Source: Eledone cirrhosa
Taxonomy: Eukaryota
Direction: 5' to 3'
Length of the DNA: 64,000 bases
Assembly: GCA_964016885.1 (NCBI GenBank)
Contig: OZ024741.1
Location: forward strand, 351,168,001-351,232,000
Shown in pieces: positions 51,553 through 63,159 of this stretch (within the stretch, counting starts at the first letter, position 1; each line of letters opens with the position of its first letter). The notes beneath the pieces were generated by a model that saw only the letters and a list, made by a program, of their open reading frames with translations, was not told the DNA's origin and ran no database searches. A program made the translations under genes and the position numbers.

Positions 51553-54333
51553 TAACACAAACTTCAAAAAACCCGACAACCACCTGATCACCTATAGATC
51601 AGGGGAGCATTCTAGTCAGATAGATTTTATCCTCATCAGAGGACGTGACAGATGGACGGTCGTAGTGACAGATGGATGGTCGTAAACACAAAAGCCTTCC
51701 CTAGTGAGGAATGTACCTCCCAATTTAGCTTAGTTGTCAGCGACCTCACGGTCAGAACTAGACAAACCTGGAAACAGAGTCCAACCTGGAGAAGAAAGAT
51801 CTGGAAGCTGAAAGACCCCTCGGCCAGTAACAGATTTAAAGATATTTTACTCAACACCTACGACAGTAAAGAAGAACAGATAGAGACATTCAATGTAGAA
51901 GAGCACTGGGAGTTCCTAAAAATAACTTACTAGAAGCAACGGATGAGATCTGTGGCTGGAGTAAGACCACAAGCAGGAGGAGAGTGACTTGGTGGTGGAA
52001 CAATAAGATAGATGAGGCAGTTAAGGCCAAGAGACAGGCATGGAAAGAATGGAAGAATGGGGGAAGCAGGGTACATTACATAGAGACCAAAAGGGAAGCT
52101 AGGCGACAAGTATACTTAGTTAGGAGGGAAGCAGAGGATAGAAAATTCAAGCATGTTTTGCAACGTGAGGACCAGAAACAGGAGGTGTTCAAGATTGCGA
52201 GGCAGTGTGTCAGAGAGAATTGTGATGTCATTGGAGAGAAGTGTATCCGGAATGATAAAGGTGAGCTTGCCCTCATAAGTGCTGAGAAGAAAGATGCATG
52301 GAAGAGCCATTATGATAGATTACTAAATGAGGAGAATGCATGGGAAGAAGAGACCCTACCCCAAGTAGACCCTATAGAGGGGCCAGCAGTACAAGTCAGC
52401 AGCAGCGTAGTAAGTAAGGCAATCAAAGATATGAAGATGGGGAAGGCAACCGGTCCATCGGGTATAGCTGCCAAGATGCTGAAGGCATCTGGGTCTGTAG
52501 GTCACAATATAACCACATGTATTGTTAACCAGGTAATACTAGAAGGTGTCATACCAAAAGATTGGTGCAGTAGAATCATTGTCAACTGCTACAAAGGTAA
52601 AGGTGATGCACTATATAGAGGAAACTATAGAGGTATAAAGCTGATGGACCAGGTCATGAAAGTAACAGAAAGAGTTATAGCACAGTTGATTAAGGACCGG
52701 GTGAAACTAGATGAGATGCAATTTGGGTTTGTACCAGGAAGAGGCACCACTGATGCCCTCTTCCTTGTGAGGCAGTTACAGGAAAAGTACCTAGCTAAAA
52801 GTAAGCCACTCTACCTGGCATTCGTCGATCTCGAGAAAGCCTTTGACAGAGTTCCACGTGCTGTAATCTGGTGGGCTCTTAGAAAACTAGGAGTAGATGA
52901 ATGGCTTGTGAAAGCGGTACAAGCCATGTATAGGGGAGCAGTCAGCAAAGTTAGGATTAGCAATGAGTATAGCGAGGAATTTTGTGTACAGGTTGGTGTC
53001 CACCAGGGCTCTGTTCTTAGCCCTCTCCTGTTCATCATAGTCCTGCAGGCAATAACAGAGGAGTTTAAGACCAGATGCCCATTGGAACTCCTGTATGCTG
53101 ATGACCTCGCACTTATAGCTGAATCTATGGTAGAACTAGAGAATAAATTCCAAACTTGGAAGCAGGGACTAGAAAGAAAGGGTCTCAAAGTCAACATGGC
53201 AAAGACTAAGGTCCTTGTAAGTAGACGAGAAAACAAAACCCAGATCCCCTCAGGGAAATGGCCTTGCTCAGTATGTAGGAAAGGTGTAGGTAGGAACTCC
53301 ATTCTCTGCCCCAAATGCAAACAATGGGTACACAAGAGATGTAGCGGGATCTCAGGAAGCTTAATTAAGAATGTAGGCTTCACATGCAGCAGCTGTGCTG
53401 AGAGAGCAAGCAGCAAACAGCCACAGGAAACAAGTACCACCAATCTCTGGGAGGGCTCTGTAGAAACAGTAGACAGCTTCTACTACCTAGGTGACGAAAT
53501 TAGCAGCGGAAGTGGGTGTTCAGAAAGTAAAATAACTAGGGTAAGAATGGGATGGAAGAAGTTCAGGGAACTACTACCACTGCTAGCTGCAAAAGGCTTC
53601 TCCCTCAAAATGAAAGGCAGACTGTATGATGCGTATATCCGAACAGCAATGTTGCATGGTAGTGAGACCTGGGCGCTGAAGGTGGAAGACTTACGTAGAT
53701 TAGAGAGAAACGAAGCCTGCATGCTCCAATGGATATGTAATAGTAATATACGCGAACGACAAAGCATAAATGAATTGAGAGAGAGACTGAGCATAAGAGG
53801 AATCAAATGCATTGGTATGGACATGTGATGCGTATGAAGGATGACAGCTGCATAAAAAGGTGCAGAGCACTAGCAGTCAATGGAAACCGCGGAGTGGGGA
53901 GACCCAAGAAGACCTGGGATGAGGTGATAAAAGCCGACCTTACCCAATTACACCTCTCAAAGGCGAGGACACACGACCGTGACCTCTGGCGTCACGCAGT
54001 AATACAGAGTACCCAACCTCCCATGGGTACAAGCTGAAGCATATAGACAATATGCCCCCACTGCAAGGTGGTCGTGGAGGTGCCACGGCAAAAAAGCACC
54101 CAGCCCACACTGTGAAGTGGACATGTAGTCGCCACGAAAAAGCACCCAGCACTCATTGTAAATGAGGTTGGTGTTAGGAAGGGCATCCAGCTGTAGAAAT
54201 CAAGCCAAATCAGTTCCTGTATGAGCAAGGCATGGTCAGCCGACTAGACACTGCCCACAACAGGATAACCCGTCTAACCCATGCTAGCGTGGAAGAACGG
54301 ACGTAAAACGGTGATGATGATGATGATGATGAT
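51553..54333 (+). mobile_element. 5'-truncated RTE LINE: APE remnant, RT (YADD), PHD-like zinc finger, 3'UTR, (GAT)n tail; frameshifts at ~51920 and ~53808
   Basis: LITYRSG..SQIDFIL; 614-aa ORF 51984-53828 with QFGFVPGRGTTDA, FVDLEKAFD, GVHQGSVLSP, LYADDL; WYGHVMRM..GRPKKTW. Confidence 0.95.
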
Positions 54334-54499
54334 TAAAAGGGCTGTTCAGTCTCCTCTCATTTCTGTCCTCCCTCACCCAGTGCACTACTGATTCACTGAA
54401 TCGGCTGAGGAAGAAACATTCTCTGGTCCCTCCAAATGACCACTTTCACTGGCCTAATCCACAAGGTTATTTACAACCTGTCTTCATCCTAGATAACTT

Positions 54500-55150
54500 C
54501 AGGAAGACAATTGTATCCTTTCCTGTATATTCTGGCGCTTGGACTGATGGTCTATGACCTCAGCACCTCAAGGATGGTGTCTTCTTGTCAGCTGGAGATG
54601 CCAGCCTTCAGCTCTTGAAGAACCTCACCTTGTTTGTTAACCTGTTCTTGTCAGAAAGTGACCGCCCTTATATTAGTCCCCTGTTCTTTGAAGCTAAACT
54701 GTTTGGCCTTACAAAGCCCAATGGTGACCTCCGTTCCATAGCATTTGGGTGCACACTGCAATGGCTCTCTGCGAAAGTGTGTCTGTCTTCAATTTCTGAC
54801 TGCCTGTCCGCCAATTTTCTCCTATTCAGCTAGGGGTGGGTACCAAGCTGGATTGTGAGGCTGCCACTCATGCCACCAGAGCATTTATTAACTTGCCTTC
54901 TGAAACTCCAAAGGTTATCATCAAACTAGATCTCTGGAACGCTTTCAATTCCATCAGTTAGAATGTCATCCTCTGTTCATTAAAAGAGAGAGCTTTACCA
55001 TTTTGCTTGACAAGCCTATTGGGAGTCCTACCCCTCCTTCGGTGACCATTTCTTCCTATCTGCCACAGGAGGTCCAACAGTGTGACCTCCCCAGACCTGC
55101 TCTTTTCGTACTGGGTATTGTTGACGTCACCAAGACGGGAGCTGACCTGG
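54500..55150 (+). mobile_element. Decayed CRE-clade RT fragment
   Basis: LFGLTKPNGDLRSIAFGCTL..QLGVGT..CEAATHATR..KLDLWNAFNSI..VQQCDL. Confidence 0.8.
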
Positions 55151-55444
55151 ATTTGAATGACCAGATAAGGTCCTTGTTACTGCGAAGACAATAATTGAGG
55201 AACGTGGTTGTAGGGGGCCTTCTGTTTTTGTATCATTGTGTATAGTTATATTCCATAGCGAAGTATATACAAAGCTGTAGATCTTGCATGAAGTACATTG
55301 ATTTTCTATTACCACTGGCTATATATAGAAAGTGAGGATGACCTCTAGTGAACAGGTGATGGAACCACACTAGGCAACTGGTCTGTCTGTCTCACCTGTC
55401 AATATACTGGAGGTCCTAAGTAAGTCTAATGCTGTCTTATTATA

Positions 55445-56340
55445 CGAGGTGTGTCAGAAAAGTTCCAGGACTGATGTCACAAAAGATTTATTTCAAACCA
55501 AAACTTCACACTAAGAGTTTTCTCCTTCAAAGTAATCCCCCTGGAGTCTAATACACTTTTCCATCCTTTTCTGCCACGCTTGCATGCACTCCTGGAAGGA
55601 TTCTTCCGGGATCCTCCGCAGTTTTGTCGTCATGGCCTTTTTGATGTCGTCCACGTCTTCAAAACGGGTCCCCTTCGGGTCGTACTCGAAGATCCATGAC
55701 TCATCACCGGTGATGACTGTCCCTAGCAAGTCTGGTTCGGTTTCAAGACGCTCGAGGATGTCCTGGCACACTTGCATGCGTCGACCCTTCTGGTCATCGT
55801 TCAGCAGTTTTGGCACCATCTTCGCGCAGACTTTCCACATGTCCAAATCTTCAGTGAGAATCTTCCAGACGCTGTCCCGATTCATGCCCAGCTCATTTGC
55901 CATCAGTCGAACAGTCAGCCGACGATCGCTACGCACCATCTGCCTGACGCGCTCAACATTGACCTCAGTCCTGGTTGTTGAGGGCCTTCTGCTCCTGGGG
56001 TCATCTTCCACGTCCTCGCGTCCTTCTTTAAACCTCTTGCACCACTCAAAAACACGTGAGCGCGACATCGTCTCATCTCCATACACTTGCTGCAGCAATC
56101 CCAGTGCTTCTGATGGAGTTTTCAAGCTTGTTAGTTGCTCTGTGCTCATTGCTTGACGACCTGAAACAGAAGACATGTATATAAAATTACGAAGAAAAAA
56201 GTTTGATCGCTGCAGAGAGCTAAGATTACAGTTACATACTCCAGGAGGATTACTTTGAAGGAGAAAACTCTTAGTGTGAAGTTTGGGTTTGAAATAAATC
56301 TTTTGTGACATCAGTCCTGGAACTTTTCTGACACACCTCG
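55445..56340 (-). mobile_element. mariner element, internally deleted, 103-bp TIRs, TA TSD, open truncated transposase ORF
   Basis: TIRs 55445-55547 / 56238-56340; YGDETMSRSRVFEW..DDPRSRRP..KVCAKMVPK.L..ITGDESWIFEYDP|KGTRFED..GDYFEG. Confidence 0.95.
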
Positions 56341-57584
56341 TATTATAATTCCATTCATCAGATGGTGCATGGATTAATTGTTAGGGTGTTGGTGTAGCAA
56401 CCATAAAGTCAGGAGTTAGATTCTTGGACTGTGTGGTGCGTTGTATCTTTGATCAAGACTTTATTACACTCAGATGAGTTGGGATGATACTAGTGCCAAG
56501 CAGTATTGACCTTTACCTTTCCCTCAGATCACATCAGTGTTGTGGAGAAGGCAGACTGGTATGCATGGGTAACTGCTTGTCTTCTACACATACCTTGCCA
56601 GTTTGGTTTGTTATGATTGAAGGGAGGAAAAGAAATTCCATTCCTATTGAGAATGTATTATAGAAATTGGCAGTATTGCTAAAGTGCCGGACGCCATGTT
56701 TTGCAGCATAGAGTTATGGCCCTTTATGATCTGAGTTCAAATCCCGCCGAGGTTAACTTTACCTTTCTTCCTTACGGGGTTGATAAAATAAAGTACCAGT
56801 CACGCACTGGGTCGATTTAATCGACTTTCCCTTCCCTCCAAATTACTGGCCTTGTGCCTATACTAGAAATCATTGAAATCATTATAGAAATATAAACTGA
56901 TACCAGTACTTAACTTGTACTTCATTTCATCAACCCTGGATGGATGAAAGGTAATGTTGACCTCGATGGAATTTGAATTTTGAACCTAGAAGGGATAAAA
57001 AGCAATGTAACTCTAGCGATATCAATTATTGTAAGGCATATATATAATCTTATCCTCTCCTACCAAATCTGTCATTTGTCATGCAACTTATTTAATATTT
57101 CCTTTGTTTAACTTTAATATCAAAGGATTAATAACTATATGTTATACTGACAAACGGCCAGAGGCTTTGGGAGAGGAATATAATAAATTAACCATTTCAT
57201 TTGCATATTTCTAATGAAATACATAACCTGTGTTTCAATTATTTTTTTGAAAATAATCAAGAATTTGGAGGGATTTAATAATATAGCTTTTTTCCCTATT
57301 TAGCTGATGTTTGAGAGCAGTAGCTTGGCAGAATATTTAAGGCACTGGACAAATGTTTTGCAGTAGTCGTTCTGATTTTACATTACAAAGTTAAATCCCA
57401 TTGAGGTCAACTTTGACTGTCATCCTTCCAGGATTAATAAAGTGCCAGACAAATATTGGGTCAATTTAATTGATAGGGTCAATAAAATAGCATGCCAGTA
57501 AAGTACTGGGTCAATTTAACCCTTTAGCATTTACATTACTCTATATTTACTATTGTATTTTTGTTTTAAAGGCTTTATCTTACA

Positions 57585-58512
57585 CTAGCATTAAAGCCTG
57601 GCGTTGCTCGGGGTCAGTAAGTTACCAAAGTTAGGTTGCACCACCCATTTTATGGCAGCACTTTTTTGTCTGCCAGGCACTGGGTGAATGAATTCCAGAC
57701 CTAGACTGCCGAAGCAGGAGCTGCGCCAGCAGTGACAATTGTAGTTTCGCCTATGGATATTATCTCTGTGCAAAGAAGTGTTGAAATTTATTGTTTCACA
57801 GTACTTGCGCAACACGCCCGTAGACGATGCCAGCCGAACAACAGAACTGCGATGGAGTTGTTCTGCATGGTTGTCTAATGTGTGTTTTCTAAATTTAAGA
57901 CAGTAGGGAGGGGTGTGATATGGGAGAGAGTTAGCTGCTGTTTCTAGCAGGTTTAGTGACCTCATAGAGGATATGTTTTCTAAATTTAAGACAGTAGGGA
58001 GGGGTGTGATATGGGAGAGAGTTAGCTGCTGTTTCTAGCAGGTTTAGTGACCTCATAGAGGATATGTTTTCTAAATTTAAGACAGTAGGGAGGGGTGTGA
58101 TATGGGGGAGAGTTAAGTTCTCTTTGTCATTGAAGTAAATAAATGTTTGACCGTTCCACACTCAAAAACAAACGTTCTCTCTCTCTCTCCTCTCACTCTC
58201 TTCTCTCTCTCTCTTCGGCGTTCCTAAAGGAAGTTTGTAAGCATGTATGTAGTTTTATTGAATTTGAAGGGGAGTAGAGAGAGGTAAGCAGATTCTATTA
58301 GAGGGGTAAACCATCATGTATTTAGTTTTATCGATTATTTCCATAATTGTGGGTGAGTTTGAATGGAATAAATAGTCGTTGACCTAAGTTAGACCATTTA
58401 CAACATTCTCACAGACTTTGAGTCGAATCGGTTTGAAATTGTGAAAATGTATAAACATGGAACATGTGCACACACACACACACAACAACAATCTGCCTTT
58501 TATAGATAATGA
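57585..58512 (-). mobile_element. Non-autonomous Helitron family B
   Basis: Minus strand 5' TC..TATAAAAGGCAG with (TG)n, 3' hairpin CCCGAGCAACGCCAGGC then CTAG|t; absent from the empty MITE. Confidence 0.75.
57883..58115 (+). repeat. 91-bp tandem repeat, ~2.5 near-identical units
   Basis: Units start at 57883, 57974, 58065. Confidence 0.95.
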
Positions 58513-58788
58513 TAATTGTCTCACATAATATCGAATCTATGAGATTTTGATGTTATTTATTTTGAGAACAATACTTTAACATAAGTATGAGCAGCCGGTT
58601 ATAGCTGGTTTGAACAGAAAGAGGTGAGAGAATTCTGGCCGGATATGACTGGTTTAAATGCTAAAGGGTTAATTGACTTTCACCTCCTCTCAAAAATTAC
58701 TAGAGAGCAGTTTCAGGTGAGTTGATATCAAAATAGTAAATGCATTTATAATTAATCTCAGTAATAATACCATTATTTTAATTCCAGC

Positions 58789-58937
58789 ATGGAGTTTGAT
58801 GAGCCACATGCTTTGTTCCTCAACTATTTTCAAAAGCTATACTTTGATGACAAATTACAGAATGGTACAGCATCTGAAAAAGCTGACATATTAAGAAATA
58901 TCATTGTTCAAATCACTCTTGCTGCCAGGTCAAATCT
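58789..58937 (+). CDS. FIGNL1: FIGNL1 first coding exon
   Basis: ttccag|C ATG ... CT|gtaagt. Confidence 0.88.
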
Positions 58938-61900
58938 GTAAGTCATGATATTTTCTAACACTTGAAATAGTAAAACTTTTCCTTTTTCATACATCATCAT
59001 CATCAACATCATCTACAATACGTTTATGTAAACATAATATATATGGCTCCATATATGTTTTTATTCTGAATCGCACTGTGTTAGTGTTATCGTTAATTAA
59101 TGGTTTCTGATTTAGACACAAGGCCAACAATTTAGGGAAGGGAAAGTTGATTATATTGACCTCAGTGCATGACTGGTACTTTATTTTATCTACCCCATAA
59201 TGATGAAAGGCACAGTTAACTTCGGCAGGATTTAAACTCAGAACATAAAGGGCTGTGACTCCATTGCGTGAAGCATGTTGTCCGACACTCTACTGATTCT
59301 GCCAATCCAACACCCTAGAGTTATCACTAATTAATATTAGCCAGTTAAGTTTACACTATATGTAAATAAGCTTTCAACAAAAATAGTTCACAAAATAAAC
59401 TGTCCACATACTAGAAGCATTTTTAGGCCTGTTTCCCTGCTAAAGCAGAGGTTAGACTTGCATGTCCCATGACAAGCTTCCTCTTTATCATGGTCATTTA
59501 CAGCCAGATTAAGATATTGTCTTCTACTTCAGCATCCTGTAGTAACTGTGAATGCAGCACAGTCGAATGGTTAAGTGGTTCACTTCCCAAATATTAGGTA
59601 CCATGTTCGATCCCACTGTGTGGTATTTTTGAAAGTGTCGTTTACTATAGTTTTGGGTTGACACATGCCTTGTGCATGAAATTGGGTAGATAGAAACTGT
59701 TTAGAAGCCTGTTGATTAGACTGTACCTATAATTAAAAAGTTTAGCCTTGTCACACACTGTGTCTCAGTGAATCTCCCTGAGAATTACAGTAAAGATACA
59801 CTCACTGTAAATGAGGTTGGTGTTAGGAAGGGCATCCAGCTGTAGAAATCAAGCCAGAATCAGTTCCCGTCCCACCCTTGCAAGCAGGGAAAAAGCAGAC
59901 GTAAAGTGAAATGATGATGATGATGATGAAATGATACACTTGTTTAAGGAATGGTCAGCCACTTATATGTTAATTTCATGAGCAGGCAGTTTCATCGTAC
60001 AACTGGAATACTCATCATTGAAAATGATAGAAGTCCTTTCCATTCCTGTAGTAAGTGTACATTGATGAGGAATTAAAAAAATCCTGAAATTTATGTATAT
60101 ACAGAATTTTCTCACTGGTTCTGAGATTGTTGCATTATGATAAAATTACCCTGAGTGAGATGTATCATCATCATCATCATCATCTTAATCGTCATCGTTT
60201 AACATCCATTTTCCATGTTCACATCGATTAGATGGGTTGTCAGGTTATAAGACAAGTCAGGTCAGATGACCATGTCTTACTCAGATGGATCTGTATTTTT
60301 TTGCCTGGTTTCTACAGCTGGATGCCCTTCCTAATGCCAACCATGTTATAGTGTGGACTGGCTGCTTTTTATCGTGGTACCACAACGACCATTTAACAGA
60401 GTGGACTGTGTAATTTTTGTCATGTCGCCAGCATGTCCACTTTACAGTATGGCCTGGGCACTTTTTCTCGTGTCACCAACACAACCAGCATCACTACACT
60501 ACAATGTGTATGGTGCTTTTTGTTATCACCACCACAAGCACCTTACAGTGAGGATTGGGTGCTTTTTCTTGTGTCACCAACACAACTACCTTACAGGATG
60601 GACTGGGTGCTTTTGTTGTGGCACCAGATCAGGGTGGAGTTTGGGATTTTTGTCATGACAGCGGCATTGTGGGATATCAGATGTCGAGTGTGTCCAGCTT
60701 TCATGGGTTGGACAGGTGAGGTGTATCAGGGGTAGGGAGAAGGGATAGGTAAGCAAGATTGACATTGAAGAGGTGTGTGGGATATTTTAGCAGGTGTATA
60801 GTGCATGGGATATTTAGCTGGTGAAAGTGGGGTACTAAGATGGATGAAAGAGGATAGGGCTGGGGTGGAGAGAGAATTGGTGCAGACTAGTATGTCCATA
60901 ACATGTTTGTTTCATTTAATTTTGTGCGCATGGAAAGGTGGGTCTCCTACAGTACAGCATAATGCCAGATATCTCGATCCTGTCTCATCTCCTATGTGAG
61001 GTTTAATTGGGCAAGGTTAGCTTTTATCACTTCATCCAAAAATCTGTGAACTGCATTTTTAGCTAAGCCTGTTTTCTATGCAATCATCCTAAGACTTAAT
61101 TGATGATCTTTTGCCATCATCGCTTGCACCACTTCCACATCACATTTTGCTCATTTGTTGATGAGATTAGATTTCCAGAATGAGGTTTGTGTTCAACATT
61201 TCCTCAACCCTCTTTGTAAGTTTTGTGCCACTTAGAAACCTTACTTCTCGACAGAGTGGTATTTCCTTAAGCTTGTGTTAACCCTTTAGCATTTACATTT
61301 CTCTATATTTACTATTGTATTTTCACAATAAAAGTTTTACTTCACATAATATCGAATTTACGAGATTTTGATATTATTTATTTTGAGACGAATACCTTAG
61401 CATAAGTATGAGCAACTGGTTACAGCCAGTTCGAATAGAAAGGTGAGAGAATTCTGGCTAGATATGGCCGGTTTAAATGCTAAAGGGTTAAAGAATTAAA
61501 TGTTTTAGTGGCAAATTTGTTGATATTTTGATATTTTCCTGCATCACAAACATAACAGAGATTATAAACATGTCCCTACATAAACAGCAATAACTCATGA
61601 ATGTCTCAATCGATCATGTTGAAACAAATATGTATGTACAGCCAAGGACATAACCAACATGGTTATATACATCCAAATGTTGCATTAACATGTCATACAC
61701 AAGAAAATCAGTAACCTTATTTTTGGAACAAACCTCATATATATATATATACGTGTGTGTATATATATATGGATGTATGTGTCTGTATGTATGTGTGTGT
61801 ATATGTATGTGTGTGTGTGTATGTATGTGTATATACATATGTATTTATATATGTGTGTGTGTATATATATATGTGTGTGTGTATATATATATATGTGTGT

Positions 61901-63109
61901 GTGTATATATATGTGTGTGTGTGTATATATATGTGTGTATGTGTGTATCCTCATCATTTTACGTCCGCTTTTCCCTGCTTGTAAGGGTTGGACACGGAAG
62001 TGTTGACATTTGAAAATTTTAAAGAAGTGAATCTTTAAATCATCATCATCATCACCGTTTTTACGTCCGTTCTTCCACGCTAGCATGGGTTAGATGGGTT
62101 GTCCTGTTGTGGGCAGTGTCCGGTCGGCTGACCTTCACTTGCTCATACGGGAACTGATTCTGGCTTGATTTCTACAGCTGGATGCCCTTCCTAACACCAA
62201 CCTCATTTACAGTAAGTGCTGGGTGCTCTTTTTCAGTGGCACCTACACGTCCACTTTACAGTGTGGGCTGGGTGCTTTTTTTTTGCCGTGGCACCTCCAC
62301 AGTGGAATGATAGGGACCCCAATCCTATCATTGCATTTCTACAGCTGAGTAAACTGGAGGAATGTGAAATAAAGTGTCTTGCTCAAGGAAACAATACATC
62401 ACTTGGTCCTAGAATTGAACTCACAACCTTTTGATTGCAAGCCCAATGCTCTAACCACTAAGCCATGCTATATATGTGTATGTATATGTGTGTGTGTGTG
62501 TGTGTGTATACATGTATGTATATATATGTGTGTGTGTGTATATGTATGTTTATGTGTGTGTTTGTATATATATGTGTGTGTGTGTATATTTATATGTACA
62601 CACATACATACACAAATGCATATTTATGTACACTAATATTTTTTTTTCAATGTTTTTTCTTTGTAGAATATCTTGTGAGGCAGCTAAGATGTTGGTCTCT
62701 TCTTATAGCAACAAGTATATGGCAATTGTGGATAACTTCGATACAATGCAAGGTACAGCACATCAGATAATGGTTTTGATTGCTTTGAGAAAGCTGGTAC
62801 GATGCAAGTTAGAAATGCAAGATTGAAAGCTATACTAGAGAAAAGCAGTTATGGGTTAACCCTACAGTTCAGGAATAGGTACCAGCCATCTTACAAATCT
62901 TGGCTTGCTTGAAGCTATGGTTGAAGACAAAAATTTACAAAACATCATTTTACATCTGCTTTCCATGCTGGCAATGGTTGGATGGGTTGTTACTGTTTGC
63001 TTGTACTGTCTAATTTCTCATTTACTGATTTAAAAAATTATTACTATCTTTTCAGGTTTGAATAATTTTGCTGGAGGAGCTCTTCATCTTTGCAGTAAAA
63101 ACAGAAATG
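58789..63109 (+). CDS. FIGNL1: Fidgetin-like protein 1, N-terminal exons (AAA+ domain outside window)
   Basis: Exons 58789-58937, 62667-62752, 63056-63109 in phase: FQKLYF..KADILR..ISCEAAKMLVSSYSNKYMAIVD..GLNNFA, matching recalled human WQKNYF..KADAYR..ISQVCATKLFKKYAEKYSAIID..GLNNYA. Confidence 0.9.
61282..61487. mobile_element. piggyBac-like MITE, 206 bp
   Basis: 14-bp TIRs and TTAA on both sides. Confidence 0.9.
61737..61947. repeat. Compound (TA)/(TG) microsatellite; another at ~62468-62630
   Basis: Direct reading. Confidence 0.95.
62667..62752 (+). CDS. FIGNL1: FIGNL1 coding exon 2
   Basis: ttgtag| ISCEAAKMLV...DTMQ G|gtacag. Confidence 0.85.
63056..63109 (+). CDS. FIGNL1: FIGNL1 coding exon 3
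   Basis: tttcag| LNNFAGGALHLCSKNRN G|gtaact. Confidence 0.88.
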
Positions 63110-63159
63110 GTAACTTCCTTTTTTATATATACACACACATATATACACCTACACCGATA

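Larger units (their letters stand above)
57520..58668. mobile_element. piggyBac-like MITE (TTAA TSD) containing a nested Helitron
   Basis: ttaa|ccctttagcattta ... taaatgctaaaggg|ttaa; empty version at 61282-61487. Confidence 0.9.

Noticed and set aside
52811-53824. Long antisense ORFs (210 and 113 aa), also 55584-56156
   Set aside because: Shadow frames of RT and transposase ORFs with no independent motifs
51984-53828. Intact autonomous LINE or host RT gene
   Set aside because: APE is 5'-truncated and frameshifts flank the ORF
57883-58115. CRISPR-like or coding repeat array
   Set aside because: Contiguous 91-bp units with no unique spacers, no cas genes, eukaryotic context
61614-62826. ORFs rich in C/V/Y/I or H/T/Y/I
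   Set aside because: Translations of (TA)/(TG) microsatellites; only 62667-62752 is a real exon
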